Source of the DNA: Ignavibacteriaceae bacterium
Lineage (GTDB): Bacteria > Bacteroidota > Ignavibacteria > Ignavibacteriales > Ignavibacteriaceae
Assembly: GCA_036480595.1 (NCBI GenBank)
Contig: JAZGGS010000494.1
Span: 1-43,525, forward strand
Length of the DNA: 43,525 nt
Reading direction: 5' to 3'
The notes below the pieces were generated by a model, which did no database searches, was not told where the DNA came from, and saw only the letters and a program-made list of their open reading frames with translations. Below, in pieces: positions 6,513 to 13,670 of the stretch. Numbering within the stretch: position 1 is the stretch's first letter; the number at the start of each line of letters is the position of its first letter. The translations under genes and the position numbers were made by a program.

Positions 6513-7258
6513 TCTTACGAAGACTTGGAAATAAATCAAAGTTAGCTGAGAAGATACAGTATTATTTTCCTCCGCACAAAATTTATATTGAACCATTTTT
6601 TGGTGCCGGTGGCATGTTTTTTAATAAGCCAAAAGCAAAATACAATATTGTTAATGATTTGGATTCGGATGTATTTAATTTATTCCAAGTTGTCATGAAT
6701 CAAAAAGAAGAATTAGAAAAAGCGTTTTATATTATGCCTATCCATTCGGACTTACTGGAGTATTGGAAAAAGAACAAGGAAATAGATCCGATAAAAAAGG
6801 CTTTGAGATTTTTGTTTTTAAGTAATTTTACTTTTATGGGCACTGGCGAACAAATGAGAACTAGAGGCGATAACGTAAAGATAGATTTTTACAAATATAT
6901 CAACTCCACTTTTGAACTATTATCTGACGTGAATTTTTCAAATAAGGATGCAGGTATATTTTTAGGGTCTATTGAATATAGGGGCGGCGAATTTATTTAT
7001 AACGATGGCCCTTATCTCGGAACAAACGATAACTATTCAAATTCATTCACAGAACAAGACTCTTTTGACCTATTCGAAGCAAACCAGAAAACAGGCTGTA
7101 AATGGGCTATGTCAGAGTTTAACCATCCATTTATTTTAGATCAGGCAAAGCAAAGAAACCTTAATGTGATTATTATTGGAGAAAGGCAGAATCTAAAAAA
7201 TCGTAGAATTGAAATATTAGTAACTAATTATGAAAATAATCAATTGAATATATTTTGA
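6509..7258 (+). CDS. dam: Dam-like (D12 class) DNA N6-adenine methyltransferase with atypical DGPY catalytic tetrad
   Basis: GTG start overlapping the upstream TGA. GNKSKLAEKI, YIEPFFGAGGMFFNK (FxGxG) and IVNDLDSDVFNLF are present. Motif IV reads NDGPY (7011-7025) instead of DPPY. Confidence 0.75.
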   Translation: MILRRLGNKSKLAEKIQYYFPPHKIYIEPFFGAGGMFFNKPKAKYNIVNDLDSDVFNLFQVVMNQKEELEKAFYIMPIHSDLLEYWKKNKEIDPIKKALRFLFLSNFTFMGTGEQMRTRGDNVKIDFYKYINSTFELLSDVNFSNKDAGIFLGSIEYRGGEFIYNDGPYLGTNDNYSNSFTEQDSFDLFEANQKTGCKWAMSEFNHPFILDQAKQRNLNVIIIGERQNLKNRRIEILVTNYENNQLNIF

Positions 7259-7300
7259 TCAATGGATGAACAAATTAAAAGGTAAACAAAACCGGATAAA

Positions 7301-7320
7301 CTTTTTTGGTAAGTAAATAA
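7301..7320 (+). repeat. 20-nt direct repeat CTTTTTTGGTAAGTAAATAA, copy 1
   Basis: An identical copy lies at 7654-7673. Together they bracket ORF 7328-7651. Confidence 0.9.
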
Positions 7321-7327
7321 AAAGTCT

Positions 7328-7651
7328 ATGAAAAAAATAGGAGTCATAAAATCAAATGCAATAATCAGACAAATTCAAGGATTTGGATACAATTATTCAA
7401 AACAAAGAATTATCTGGGATAGCAAAACCTGTGCCTGGAATTGGATTATTATTAAATGGGGAATACGAAATTCAGATAAACTACAAAGATTTCCAATACG
7501 GAATATGAGTAATAATTGTAAGAGGTCGTTAATATTTGGTTTAGGATTATGGTATTTTCAATTAACATATCATAGAAAAAAATCATTTAATCAGAATAGA
7601 AAATTGTTATTCCGAAAAAAATTATGGAAGGTTTATCAATTAATTAGTTAA
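7328..7651 (+). CDS. Doubtful ORF (107 aa; basic, rich in Trp, Ile and Lys)
   Basis: It is the only long ORF between the two repeats, but its composition looks like an off-frame product. Another frame gives the more protein-like stretch ...GIAKPVPGIGLLLNGEYEIQINYKDFQYGI*, which has no start codon. Confidence 0.3.
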   Translation: MKKIGVIKSNAIIRQIQGFGYNYSKQRIIWDSKTCAWNWIIIKWGIRNSDKLQRFPIRNMSNNCKRSLIFGLGLWYFQLTYHRKKSFNQNRKLLFRKKLWKVYQLIS

Positions 7652-7653
7652 AC

Positions 7654-7673
7654 CTTTTTTGGTAAGTAAATAA
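7654..7673 (+). repeat. 20-nt direct repeat CTTTTTTGGTAAGTAAATAA, copy 2
   Basis: Identical to 7301-7320, starting 3 nt after the stop of ORF 7328-7651. Confidence 0.9.
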
Positions 7674-7686
7674 TGTTTAATAATTG

Positions 7687-7717
7687 TTTGATAGTAAGTT
7701 TACATTGTGTACATTTG
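7687..7717 (+). promoter_or_regulatory. Bacteroidota-type promoter candidate overlapped by a dyad operator
   Basis: TTTG (7687-7690), a 19-nt spacer, then TACATTTG (7710-7717, an exact TAnnTTTG). The dyad TACAttgTGTA (7701-7711) overlaps the box. The ATG at 7722 lies only 4 nt downstream. Confidence 0.5.
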
Positions 7718-7721
7718 ATCT

Positions 7722-7868
7722 ATGGAAGGGTTTAAAAATTATATGACAATTCAGGAATATATGAAATTTCATAAGATTTCAAGGCAGACAGTTTATAATA
7801 AAATTAACGCCGGTGAATTGATCGTTAAAAAGTGGCTTACTAGAACTTTGGTTAAAAAGGCTGCTTAA
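7722..7868 (+). CDS. Small helix-turn-helix DNA-binding protein (excisionase/MerR-like HTH, 48 aa)
   Basis: Hand translation MEGFKNYMTIQEYMKFHKISRQTVYNKINAGELIVKKWLTRTLVKKAA. ISRQTVYNKINAGEL is a typical HTH recognition segment. The ORF is below the track cutoff. Confidence 0.65.
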   Translation: MEGFKNYMTIQEYMKFHKISRQTVYNKINAGELIVKKWLTRTLVKKAA

Positions 7869-7889
7869 TATTTTTTTCTCTAACATATA

Positions 7890-7900
7890 TACAATGTGTA
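7890..7900. promoter_or_regulatory. Second copy of the TACAnnnTGTA dyad
   Basis: TACAATGTGTA differs by one base from TACATTGTGTA at 7701-7711. It lies just downstream of the HTH gene and upstream of ORF 7920. Confidence 0.4.
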
Positions 7901-7919
7901 AAAATTTAAACATGAAACA

Positions 7920-8204
7920 ATGGAAGAAACAATTTGGAAATTTGAATTAGAAACAACAGAGGATCAAAAAATTGAAATGCCTGTAAATGCGAAAATACTA
8001 ACAGTGCAATCTCAAGATGAAATACCTTGTTTGTGGGCATTAGTTGACCCATCAGCAAAGAAAGAAATAAGACTTTTTGAGGTGTTTGGTACTGGACACC
8101 CTGTCGGTTATGACATGGGAGTGAATAGAAATTATATAGGCACTTACCAATTGCAAAATGGAGCTTTAGTATTTCACGTTTTTGAATATACGGGCAATTT
8201 GTAA
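7920..8204 (+). CDS. Conserved hypothetical phage protein (94 aa)
   Basis: Track ORF. The KFEL...MPVNAKILTVQ...LWALVDP...FGTGHPV...YIGTYQ...VFHVFE pattern is one I recall from a widespread phage family of unknown function. Confidence 0.7.
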   Translation: MEETIWKFELETTEDQKIEMPVNAKILTVQSQDEIPCLWALVDPSAKKEIRLFEVFGTGHPVGYDMGVNRNYIGTYQLQNGALVFHVFEYTGNL

Positions 8205-8231
8205 TGACCTATTCGGATAAACTAAAAGACC
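8203..8231 (+). repeat. 29-nt boundary repeat AATGACCTATTCNGATAAACTAAAAGAYC, copy 1 (mini-ORF 8204-8236, MTYSDKLKDQ)
   Basis: It starts in the upstream stop (TAATG). The mini-ORF stop overlaps the next ATG (AATGA). Confidence 0.9.
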
Positions 8232-8232
8232 A

Positions 8233-8574
8233 ATGAAAGAATCATTAGAGCCGGTTTATAGATGTGATCATTGTAATAAGGCAATGAGAAGTAAAGGTGC
8301 AATGGCATTACATGAAAGAATGTGCAAAAGCAATCCTAAAAATGATCATAAATGCTTTCAATATTGCGTATTTTTAAATAAGGGGATTGATAATTCAAAT
8401 GGATCAAGATATTTTGATTGCGGAAACGTAAAATCTAAATTTTATTCAAATGATTTATATAGCTATAAATTAGAGCGTTTCTGTTTTAACCAAGAAAGAA
8501 TCAGTAAAATGACTAGGATGCCATTAAAATGTGATCATTATCAAATTGAAAATGGACATGAACCTTTTGATTAA
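8233..8574 (+). CDS. Zinc-finger protein (C-x2-C-x12-H-x3-C), 113 aa
   Basis: YRCDHCNKAMRSKGAMALHERMC, plus further Cys/His residues downstream. Confidence 0.65.
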   Translation: MKESLEPVYRCDHCNKAMRSKGAMALHERMCKSNPKNDHKCFQYCVFLNKGIDNSNGSRYFDCGNVKSKFYSNDLYSYKLERFCFNQERISKMTRMPLKCDHYQIENGHEPFD

Positions 8575-8601
8575 TGACCTATTCAGATAAACTAAAAGAT
8601 C
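8573..8601 (+). repeat. 29-nt boundary repeat, copy 2 (mini-ORF 8574-8606, MTYSDKLKDQ)
   Basis: It differs from copy 1 only at TCG>TCA and GAC>GAT. Both are synonymous third positions of the mini-ORF. Confidence 0.9.
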
Positions 8602-8610
8602 AATGAAGCC

Positions 8611-8838
8611 ATGAAAATCAAATTAATATTTAAAACATACGACACGTGGATAGGGACATTTGATAAATATGATAGAGCATATAATAGGTGTTACGTATTC
8701 ATCTTTTTTATTCCCTGGCTTGGATTAGAGGTTAGTTACCCTAAAAAGGGTTATATGTTGCTTTTTTGGAAAGTATGGCCAGCTTTAACAGGGATATTGA
8801 TCTGGGTTGGGTGGATGTATTTAATGTGGCGTATTTAA
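8611..8838 (+). CDS. Hypothetical membrane protein (75 aa)
   Basis: Track ORF with two hydrophobic, Trp-rich segments. Confidence 0.6.
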   Translation: MKIKLIFKTYDTWIGTFDKYDRAYNRCYVFIFFIPWLGLEVSYPKKGYMLLFWKVWPALTGILIWVGWMYLMWRI

Positions 8839-8867
8839 AATGACCTATTCCGATAAACTAAAAGACC
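8839..8867 (+). repeat. 29-nt boundary repeat, copy 3 (mini-ORF 8840-8881, MTYSDKLKDPRWQ)
   Basis: Same 29-mer, with TCC at the Ser codon. It sits immediately upstream of the HNH gene but in a different frame. Confidence 0.9.
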
Positions 8868-8882
8868 CCAGGTGGCAATAAA

Positions 8883-9164
8883 ATGACATTACCGAGAACA
8901 ACATTTAATAAAAAATTCAATACACAGCATGGTAGATGTTTATATTGTGGCTGCAATTTGAATAATTGTAGAATAGAGATTGATCACAAAATACCATTCT
9001 CAAAATCAAAAGACGGTAGAAATTCAAATTTGTGGTTAGTTTGTTATGACTGCAATAGACAAAAATCTGATAAATATATTTATGAATTTAAGATATTTAT
9101 TGATGAGAATCATCCAGAAAAATTAATACGTGGTATGTTTTATTTTGAATTTATTGGCATATAA
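8883..9164 (+). CDS. HNH endonuclease
   Basis: CLYCGC...IEIDHKIPFSKSKDGRNSNLWLVCYDCNRQKSDK carries the HNH / CxxC...H...N...CxxC signature. Confidence 0.85.
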   Translation: MTLPRTTFNKKFNTQHGRCLYCGCNLNNCRIEIDHKIPFSKSKDGRNSNLWLVCYDCNRQKSDKYIYEFKIFIDENHPEKLIRGMFYFEFIGI

Positions 9165-9166
9165 AA

Positions 9167-9835
9167 ATGGCTAAAGACGCTTACTATTTTTCTCATGATA
9201 GTAACTCAAGAAACGATGAGAAAATATTGTCATTGCGGATGAAATTAGGCATGGAGGGATACGGAATATATTGGGCAATCATTGAGATGTTGAGAGATTC
9301 AACTGATTACAGAATGCAATTGCAATGCGAACGCATAGCATTCGAATTGCACACGGATAACGAAACTATAAAAAGCGTAATAAATGATTTTAATTTGTTT
9401 GATAATGATACTGAATATTTTTGGTCAGAAAGTCTTTTAAGAAGAATGGAAATAAGAGAGCAAAAGTCAAATAAAGCACGTGAGAGCGCAAAAGTAAGAT
9501 GGGATAAAGCGAAAGCAATGCGAACGCAAAGCGAACGCAATGCAAAGAAAGGAAAGGAAATTAAAGAAAAAGAAATAAAAGGAAATAAAAAAACAGAAAA
9601 TAATATACCCGATTTTGAAGAGTTTTTAATTTATGCAAAAACAATAGAAATATATCATTCAAGTTTCGACTTTCAAATTAAAACAAAATATGATACTTGG
9701 GTGGACGATAAATGGAAAACAGGAGTAGGAAAAAAAATAATTAATTGGAAAAATACATTAAGAAGTACAATGCCGTATTTTCAAAAAGATTTATCTCAAA
9801 TTGAAAAACAAGATTATACTCAAAAAGTATTATGA
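9167..9835 (+). CDS. DUF4373-type (Lin1244/Lin1753-like N-terminal domain) replication-associated protein
   Basis: AYYFSHDSNSRNDEKILSLRMKLGMEGYGIYWAIIEMLRD is the N-terminal signature of that family. The centre of the protein is rich in Lys and Glu. Confidence 0.65.
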   Translation: MAKDAYYFSHDSNSRNDEKILSLRMKLGMEGYGIYWAIIEMLRDSTDYRMQLQCERIAFELHTDNETIKSVINDFNLFDNDTEYFWSESLLRRMEIREQKSNKARESAKVRWDKAKAMRTQSERNAKKGKEIKEKEIKGNKKTENNIPDFEEFLIYAKTIEIYHSSFDFQIKTKYDTWVDDKWKTGVGKKIINWKNTLRSTMPYFQKDLSQIEKQDYTQKVL

Positions 9836-10017
9836 AGGGAATAAAAATAATTTATAAGAACAATAAACCTTATGGTATTAGAGATACTGGAGGATTTTTA
9901 TTTTTTTTCACAAAAATATCAAAATGGACAGGTCAGGAGGAAAGATACAGAAAAGAAATTGAAGAACAATTTAAACTTGCCGACTATTTATGTGAGTCTT
10001 TAAAAACAAGATTATGA
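9832..10017 (+). CDS. Hypothetical protein (61 aa)
   Basis: Track ORF with ATGA overlaps at both ends. Confidence 0.6.
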   Translation: MKGIKIIYKNNKPYGIRDTGGFLFFFTKISKWTGQEERYRKEIEEQFKLADYLCESLKTRL

Positions 10018-10718
10018 AACAAGCGCACCAACATTTACAATCAGGGAACACATATTATGATTTGATTAATAGTCATATCAATACTTTAGTCGAGCGATGG
10101 AACGCATCCCATACCAGGCAAACAGATCCTAAAATAATAGGCGAAGCTTTCAAAAGAATTTTTGAATATCACAAATGGATTTCAATTGATGACATTAAGC
10201 CGGCTATTGACCTGGGATTGATGGGTAAGTTTGGAGAAAACAAAGGATTAAATTCTGAAACTATTTTCAAATGGTTTACCGGATATTCAAATTCAATCAG
10301 AAGTCAGGAATTAAAAAGCCATTCTGCCTACCATACCAAAGATACTTTTATTCCTCATGAACAAAGAAGGCAAACCAGGAAAGAACTTATTGAAATCTTC
10401 ATGACATTTTATAAAGAATATCAAGAGACGCAAGTTTTCAACAGCAAAATGAATCATTATGTGCCTGTATTTTTCCGATGGTTCCGTAAGTTAAAATTCA
10501 TTGAAATAAGTGATGAAAAAGAATTGAGGTTAGCTGAAAGTGAAAGTGAATCACTAAGAAGCTTGAGAACTTTGTTTAGTAAGAAACCAGATTCAAAAGC
10601 GACCCATACAATCAGAAGATTATTTTTAGACGCCTTCAAATTGGCAGCAAATAATGATTACGAAATTGAAGAACAATTAAACTCACTTAGTCATGGTTTT
10701 AAAAGAAGTATTTTATAA
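10014..10718 (+). CDS. Hypothetical protein (234 aa), possibly replication-associated by position
   Basis: Track ORF following the DUF4373 gene. No motif recognised. Confidence 0.7.
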   Translation: MKQAHQHLQSGNTYYDLINSHINTLVERWNASHTRQTDPKIIGEAFKRIFEYHKWISIDDIKPAIDLGLMGKFGENKGLNSETIFKWFTGYSNSIRSQELKSHSAYHTKDTFIPHEQRRQTRKELIEIFMTFYKEYQETQVFNSKMNHYVPVFFRWFRKLKFIEISDEKELRLAESESESLRSLRTLFSKKPDSKATHTIRRLFLDAFKLAANNDYEIEEQLNSLSHGFKRSIL

Positions 10719-10872
10719 GAAACCGAAAATAAAATATGTGGATGAGAAATGTCCTAATTGTAAAACTAAAACATTGGTACAAGGACAGATACCATGTCCA
10801 GATAATAAAGCAGGTTGCTCGGTATTACATTGGGGATTACGATGCATGAAATGTGGTAAGATATATTCATAA
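10693..10872 (+). CDS. Zinc-ribbon protein (59 aa)
   Basis: Hand translation MVLKEVFYKKPKIKYVDEKCPNCKTKTLVQGQIPCPDNKAGCSVLHWGLRCMKCGKIYS shows two CxxC pairs. It is preferred over the antisense track ORF 10713-10901. Confidence 0.55.
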   Translation: MVLKEVFYKKPKIKYVDEKCPNCKTKTLVQGQIPCPDNKAGCSVLHWGLRCMKCGKIYS

Positions 10873-10908
10873 TGAAAGAAATTATTTCCATATAAACTCA
10901 CTTAAATT

Positions 10909-11115
10909 ATGAAACCTGAAGAAGTAAATAATAAAACGGTACGGGAACTGAGGAATGAATATGCAGAATTAAATATTAAAATGCTTGATATTTTAAATAA
11001 ATTTAAAGACCAGAATGAATCAATTTTACAATTTCCAACAGAAATAAGATTCTATTTATCGGAAACGGATAATTATGAAAGATACTATATGTATTTTAAG
11101 TTAGAATTGAAATGA
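10909..11115 (+). CDS. Hypothetical protein (68 aa)
   Basis: Track ORF. Confidence 0.6.
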   Translation: MKPEEVNNKTVRELRNEYAELNIKMLDILNKFKDQNESILQFPTEIRFYLSETDNYERYYMYFKLELK

Positions 11116-11324
11116 GAACCAACAAAGCAATAGAGGCAATGTTTTACGAGCCTGAAACTTTACACTTTTGGGAAAAGCTGTTCAAAGAAAACAGAAAGGA
11201 AAAGCTAAAGGATAGATTGCATTTTCAGAAAAAGTATTTTATATGGGAAAAGTTAGCTAAATTCTATGACAGGATTAATCACTTAGAATTTGTAAAAACG
11301 AAAACAGAAAAAAGTAAAATGTAA
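11112..11324 (+). CDS. Hypothetical protein (70 aa)
   Basis: Track ORF with an ATGA overlap. Confidence 0.6.
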   Translation: MRTNKAIEAMFYEPETLHFWEKLFKENRKEKLKDRLHFQKKYFIWEKLAKFYDRINHLEFVKTKTEKSKM

Positions 11325-11329
11325 AAATA

Positions 11330-11557
11330 ATGAAAAGGCCTGACATAAAATCCTATTTAAAAAAGAGGTTAACGGAAACAGGGACCTCATATAAATTAAC
11401 AAATTTGAGGCTAAAAAATTATTCAGCTGATCAGGATAACTATATTGATCATTTAGAATTCCAACGCAAAGAACTGATTAATGAGAATGATTTATTAAAA
11501 AAAGGATACAAGCAGATAAGTGATTTTATGAATAATAATCTTAAAAACAAGTTATGA
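11330..11557 (+). CDS. Hypothetical protein (75 aa)
   Basis: Track ORF. Confidence 0.6.
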   Translation: MKRPDIKSYLKKRLTETGTSYKLTNLRLKNYSADQDNYIDHLEFQRKELINENDLLKKGYKQISDFMNNNLKNKL

Positions 11558-11631
11558 ATTCAGAAATGATTGGAATAATATTTTGGTGCTTGGCTATTGT
11601 ACTGTTTATAATAAAAACAAACAAGGAATGA
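11554..11631 (+). CDS. Possible 25-aa membrane peptide
   Basis: MNSEMIGIIFWCLAIVLFIIKTNKE, with ATGA overlaps to both neighbours. Confidence 0.3.
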   Translation: MNSEMIGIIFWCLAIVLFIIKTNKE

Positions 11632-11975
11632 AAACTGAAAGACCTGAAAAATCCGTATTACAATGGGACGAAGATAAAGAGCAATTAAAAGATATAATCA
11701 CAACTTTATTATCCCAAAACAAAGAACTGATTGAATCAGTAAAAAACATGAATAGAGTTATCGGTGAACAAAAGGAAACTATTGACTTATTCAGAAATCA
11801 AAACAAAGAACTGATTGAAGACATTTTAGAATTTACTGAATTTCTTTTACAGGATTATGAAATGGATACATTTGATGGTTTTGTATTGTGTTGGGTATTG
11901 TCTGGAACTGAACAAAAATATTCTACGAAAAAGATATATGAAATTTGGAAAGAACTCAAAAACAATAAGAAATGA
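11628..11975 (+). CDS. Hypothetical coiled-coil protein (115 aa; ATG start inside track ORF 11583-11975)
   Basis: The track ORF begins at a TTG. The in-frame ATG at 11628 overlaps the stop of the upstream mini-ORF. The QNKELIES / QNKELIED segments form an internal repeat. Confidence 0.6.
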   Translation: MKTERPEKSVLQWDEDKEQLKDIITTLLSQNKELIESVKNMNRVIGEQKETIDLFRNQNKELIEDILEFTEFLLQDYEMDTFDGFVLCWVLSGTEQKYSTKKIYEIWKELKNNKK

Positions 11976-12025
11976 AAGAGCCTCATTAGTACTTTAATCA
12001 TTTAAATACGTAAATTTGTTTAACA

Positions 12026-12175
12026 ATGGATAGTTTAGTGTACACCGTTAATGAATATATCGAACTGAAAAAGCTTCATGCTCTTGCAATACGAGCAAAG
12101 GAAAATCTAGTGCCTAAATTTGCAAACAAAATAATTAAGAAGTTACCAAAGAAAACGCCAATATTAATTAAATGA
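12026..12175 (+). CDS. Hypothetical protein (49 aa)
   Basis: Hand translation MDSLVYTVNEYIELKKLHALAIRAKENLVPKFANKIIKKLPKKTPILIK. TAAATTTG (12011-12018, an exact TAnnTTTG) lies 7 nt upstream. The stop overlaps the next ATG. Confidence 0.45.
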   Translation: MDSLVYTVNEYIELKKLHALAIRAKENLVPKFANKIIKKLPKKTPILIK

Positions 12176-12540
12176 AACCTATAACAGAAGAGTACCTTAT
12201 CGAACTCAAGTTTCCAAAGAGAGTGGTTTTATCGGAATCAATTTCTTACAATGAGTATTCAATTCGGGACAACTTTAATATTTATTGCTATATGGATACA
12301 TCAAGCAATTGCCGATTCTGGGTCGAAAAGAAATCAGAGCATTCGCGAGAGTCCATGTTCATCGTGAAATGTGATACTGTTCAAGTATTTCAGAAAATTT
12401 ACGAAGCTTTAACTGGGAATAAATTAGTGATCAGAGAACTTGTAAAAGAGGGAAAGGAGATTATTGACAAACAAATAAAGAAAAACAAAGACATGCAGAT
12501 GACCAAAGAGGAAATGAGGAAAACCATAATCACAATATAA
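12172..12540 (+). CDS. Hypothetical protein (122 aa)
   Basis: Track ORF. Confidence 0.7.
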   Translation: MKPITEEYLIELKFPKRVVLSESISYNEYSIRDNFNIYCYMDTSSNCRFWVEKKSEHSRESMFIVKCDTVQVFQKIYEALTGNKLVIRELVKEGKEIIDKQIKKNKDMQMTKEEMRKTIITI

Positions 12541-12559
12541 TATTAAAATTAGTAATCAA

Positions 12560-12856
12560 ATGAAGGGCAGACCGATTAATTTTAAAGATTTTAAAAAAGA
12601 CTGGTGCGACGCTATGGTTTATAAACCAAAAGATTTTGATAGTTTTGATCAATTCATGCAAGATCAATATGTGATTTATAAAGAAGATGATCCAGACGCT
12701 GGATGTTTTGAAGAAATGTATAATGTAAAAGAATTTTGTGAGTTTTTCTATCCTGATGCAGATTTGGACACACATCCGTATATGATTAAATCAAAAGCGT
12801 TCAATTCTAAACACGTAAAAGGATTGATTGATCTCATTAATAGACAAATAAATTAG
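12560..12856 (+). CDS. Hypothetical protein (98 aa)
   Basis: Track ORF. The antisense ORF 12530-12775 is judged a shadow. Confidence 0.65.
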   Translation: MKGRPINFKDFKKDWCDAMVYKPKDFDSFDQFMQDQYVIYKEDDPDAGCFEEMYNVKEFCEFFYPDADLDTHPYMIKSKAFNSKHVKGLIDLINRQIN

Positions 12857-12875
12857 TAAAATAAACTATAAAAGT

Positions 12876-13073
12876 ATGAAACGAATATTCAATTTATTTA
12901 TGAAAGAGAAAGCCCCGATATATCGAGGGCCGGGACATTTAACAATCCTATTCAACAAATGGGTTATGAATGCTGAGAATGAAAAAGGATTAAAAAGATT
13001 TCAATTCAAAGCATATACGAATAAATTCATGGTAATGAAGTGGATGAGATTAAAAGGAGGACTGCCATTTTAA
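12876..13073 (+). CDS. Hypothetical protein (65 aa)
   Basis: Track ORF. Confidence 0.55.
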   Translation: MKRIFNLFMKEKAPIYRGPGHLTILFNKWVMNAENEKGLKRFQFKAYTNKFMVMKWMRLKGGLPF

Positions 13074-13083
13074 ATGAAAACCC

Positions 13084-13269
13084 GTGAGCAAGATTGAAAA
13101 ATATTTAGTACTCAAAGAAAAAGAAACCGGCGTATTATGGGTATTAATAGAGAAAAAAGATTTACATAATTGTCGTCTTGAGCCTGTAAATATTGAGGGA
13201 TCTTGGCTTGCATGTTTAGATAAAGATTGTCCTGATAATGACCTGAAAGTAATTGAATTTATGTCATGA
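13084..13269 (+). CDS. Hypothetical protein (61 aa, GTG start)
   Basis: Track ORF. The first codon is GTG. Confidence 0.5.
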   Translation: MSKIEKYLVLKEKETGVLWVLIEKKDLHNCRLEPVNIEGSWLACLDKDCPDNDLKVIEFMS

Positions 13270-13364
13270 AAACCCTAAAACAGCTTTGTAAAATGGTTAT
13301 ATTAGCTATCCTGATTGCCCTTTACTATACGTTCATGAGAACCGAAAACGCTAAATTTAAATAG
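13266..13364 (+). CDS. Possible 32-aa membrane peptide
   Basis: MKTLKQLCKMVILAILIALYYTFMRTENAKFK, with an ATGA overlap upstream. The next gene starts immediately after its stop. Confidence 0.4.
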   Translation: MKTLKQLCKMVILAILIALYYTFMRTENAKFK

Positions 13365-13670
13365 ATGAAAGCATTAAACTTTAAACACCAAACAGTTGTT
13401 TTTGCAGAAGATCAACCAGGATATCTACCGCTTCCAGCGTTAAAATTGGAAGGAAAAGAAGGGTATGTAATATTTTGCAGGGGATTGACATTTTGGGAAC
13501 GATTGAGAGTTTTATTCTTAGGTAAAATATGGGTCTCATTAATGACCTTCAACAAACCATTAACACCTTCCTTTTTATCAACAAATAGAAAAGATTGTTA
13601 TTCGCATCCAGACGATAAAACATCAGTTATTTCAGAGCTCATTAAAAAATTTAAAATCAATTATAATTAA
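13365..13670 (+). CDS. Conserved hypothetical phage protein (101 aa)
   Basis: Track ORF. The pattern ...DQPGYLPLPAL...ERLRVLFLGKIW...KPLTP... recalls a recurrent phage protein of unknown function. Confidence 0.65.
   Translation: MKALNFKHQTVVFAEDQPGYLPLPALKLEGKEGYVIFCRGLTFWERLRVLFLGKIWVSLMTFNKPLTPSFLSTNRKDCYSHPDDKTSVISELIKKFKINYN

Noticed and set aside
10713-10901. Minus-strand ORF in the apparent gap after 10014-10718
   Set aside because: The + strand 59-aa zinc-ribbon ORF (10693-10872), with two CxxC pairs, explains the region better and keeps the genome unidirectional.
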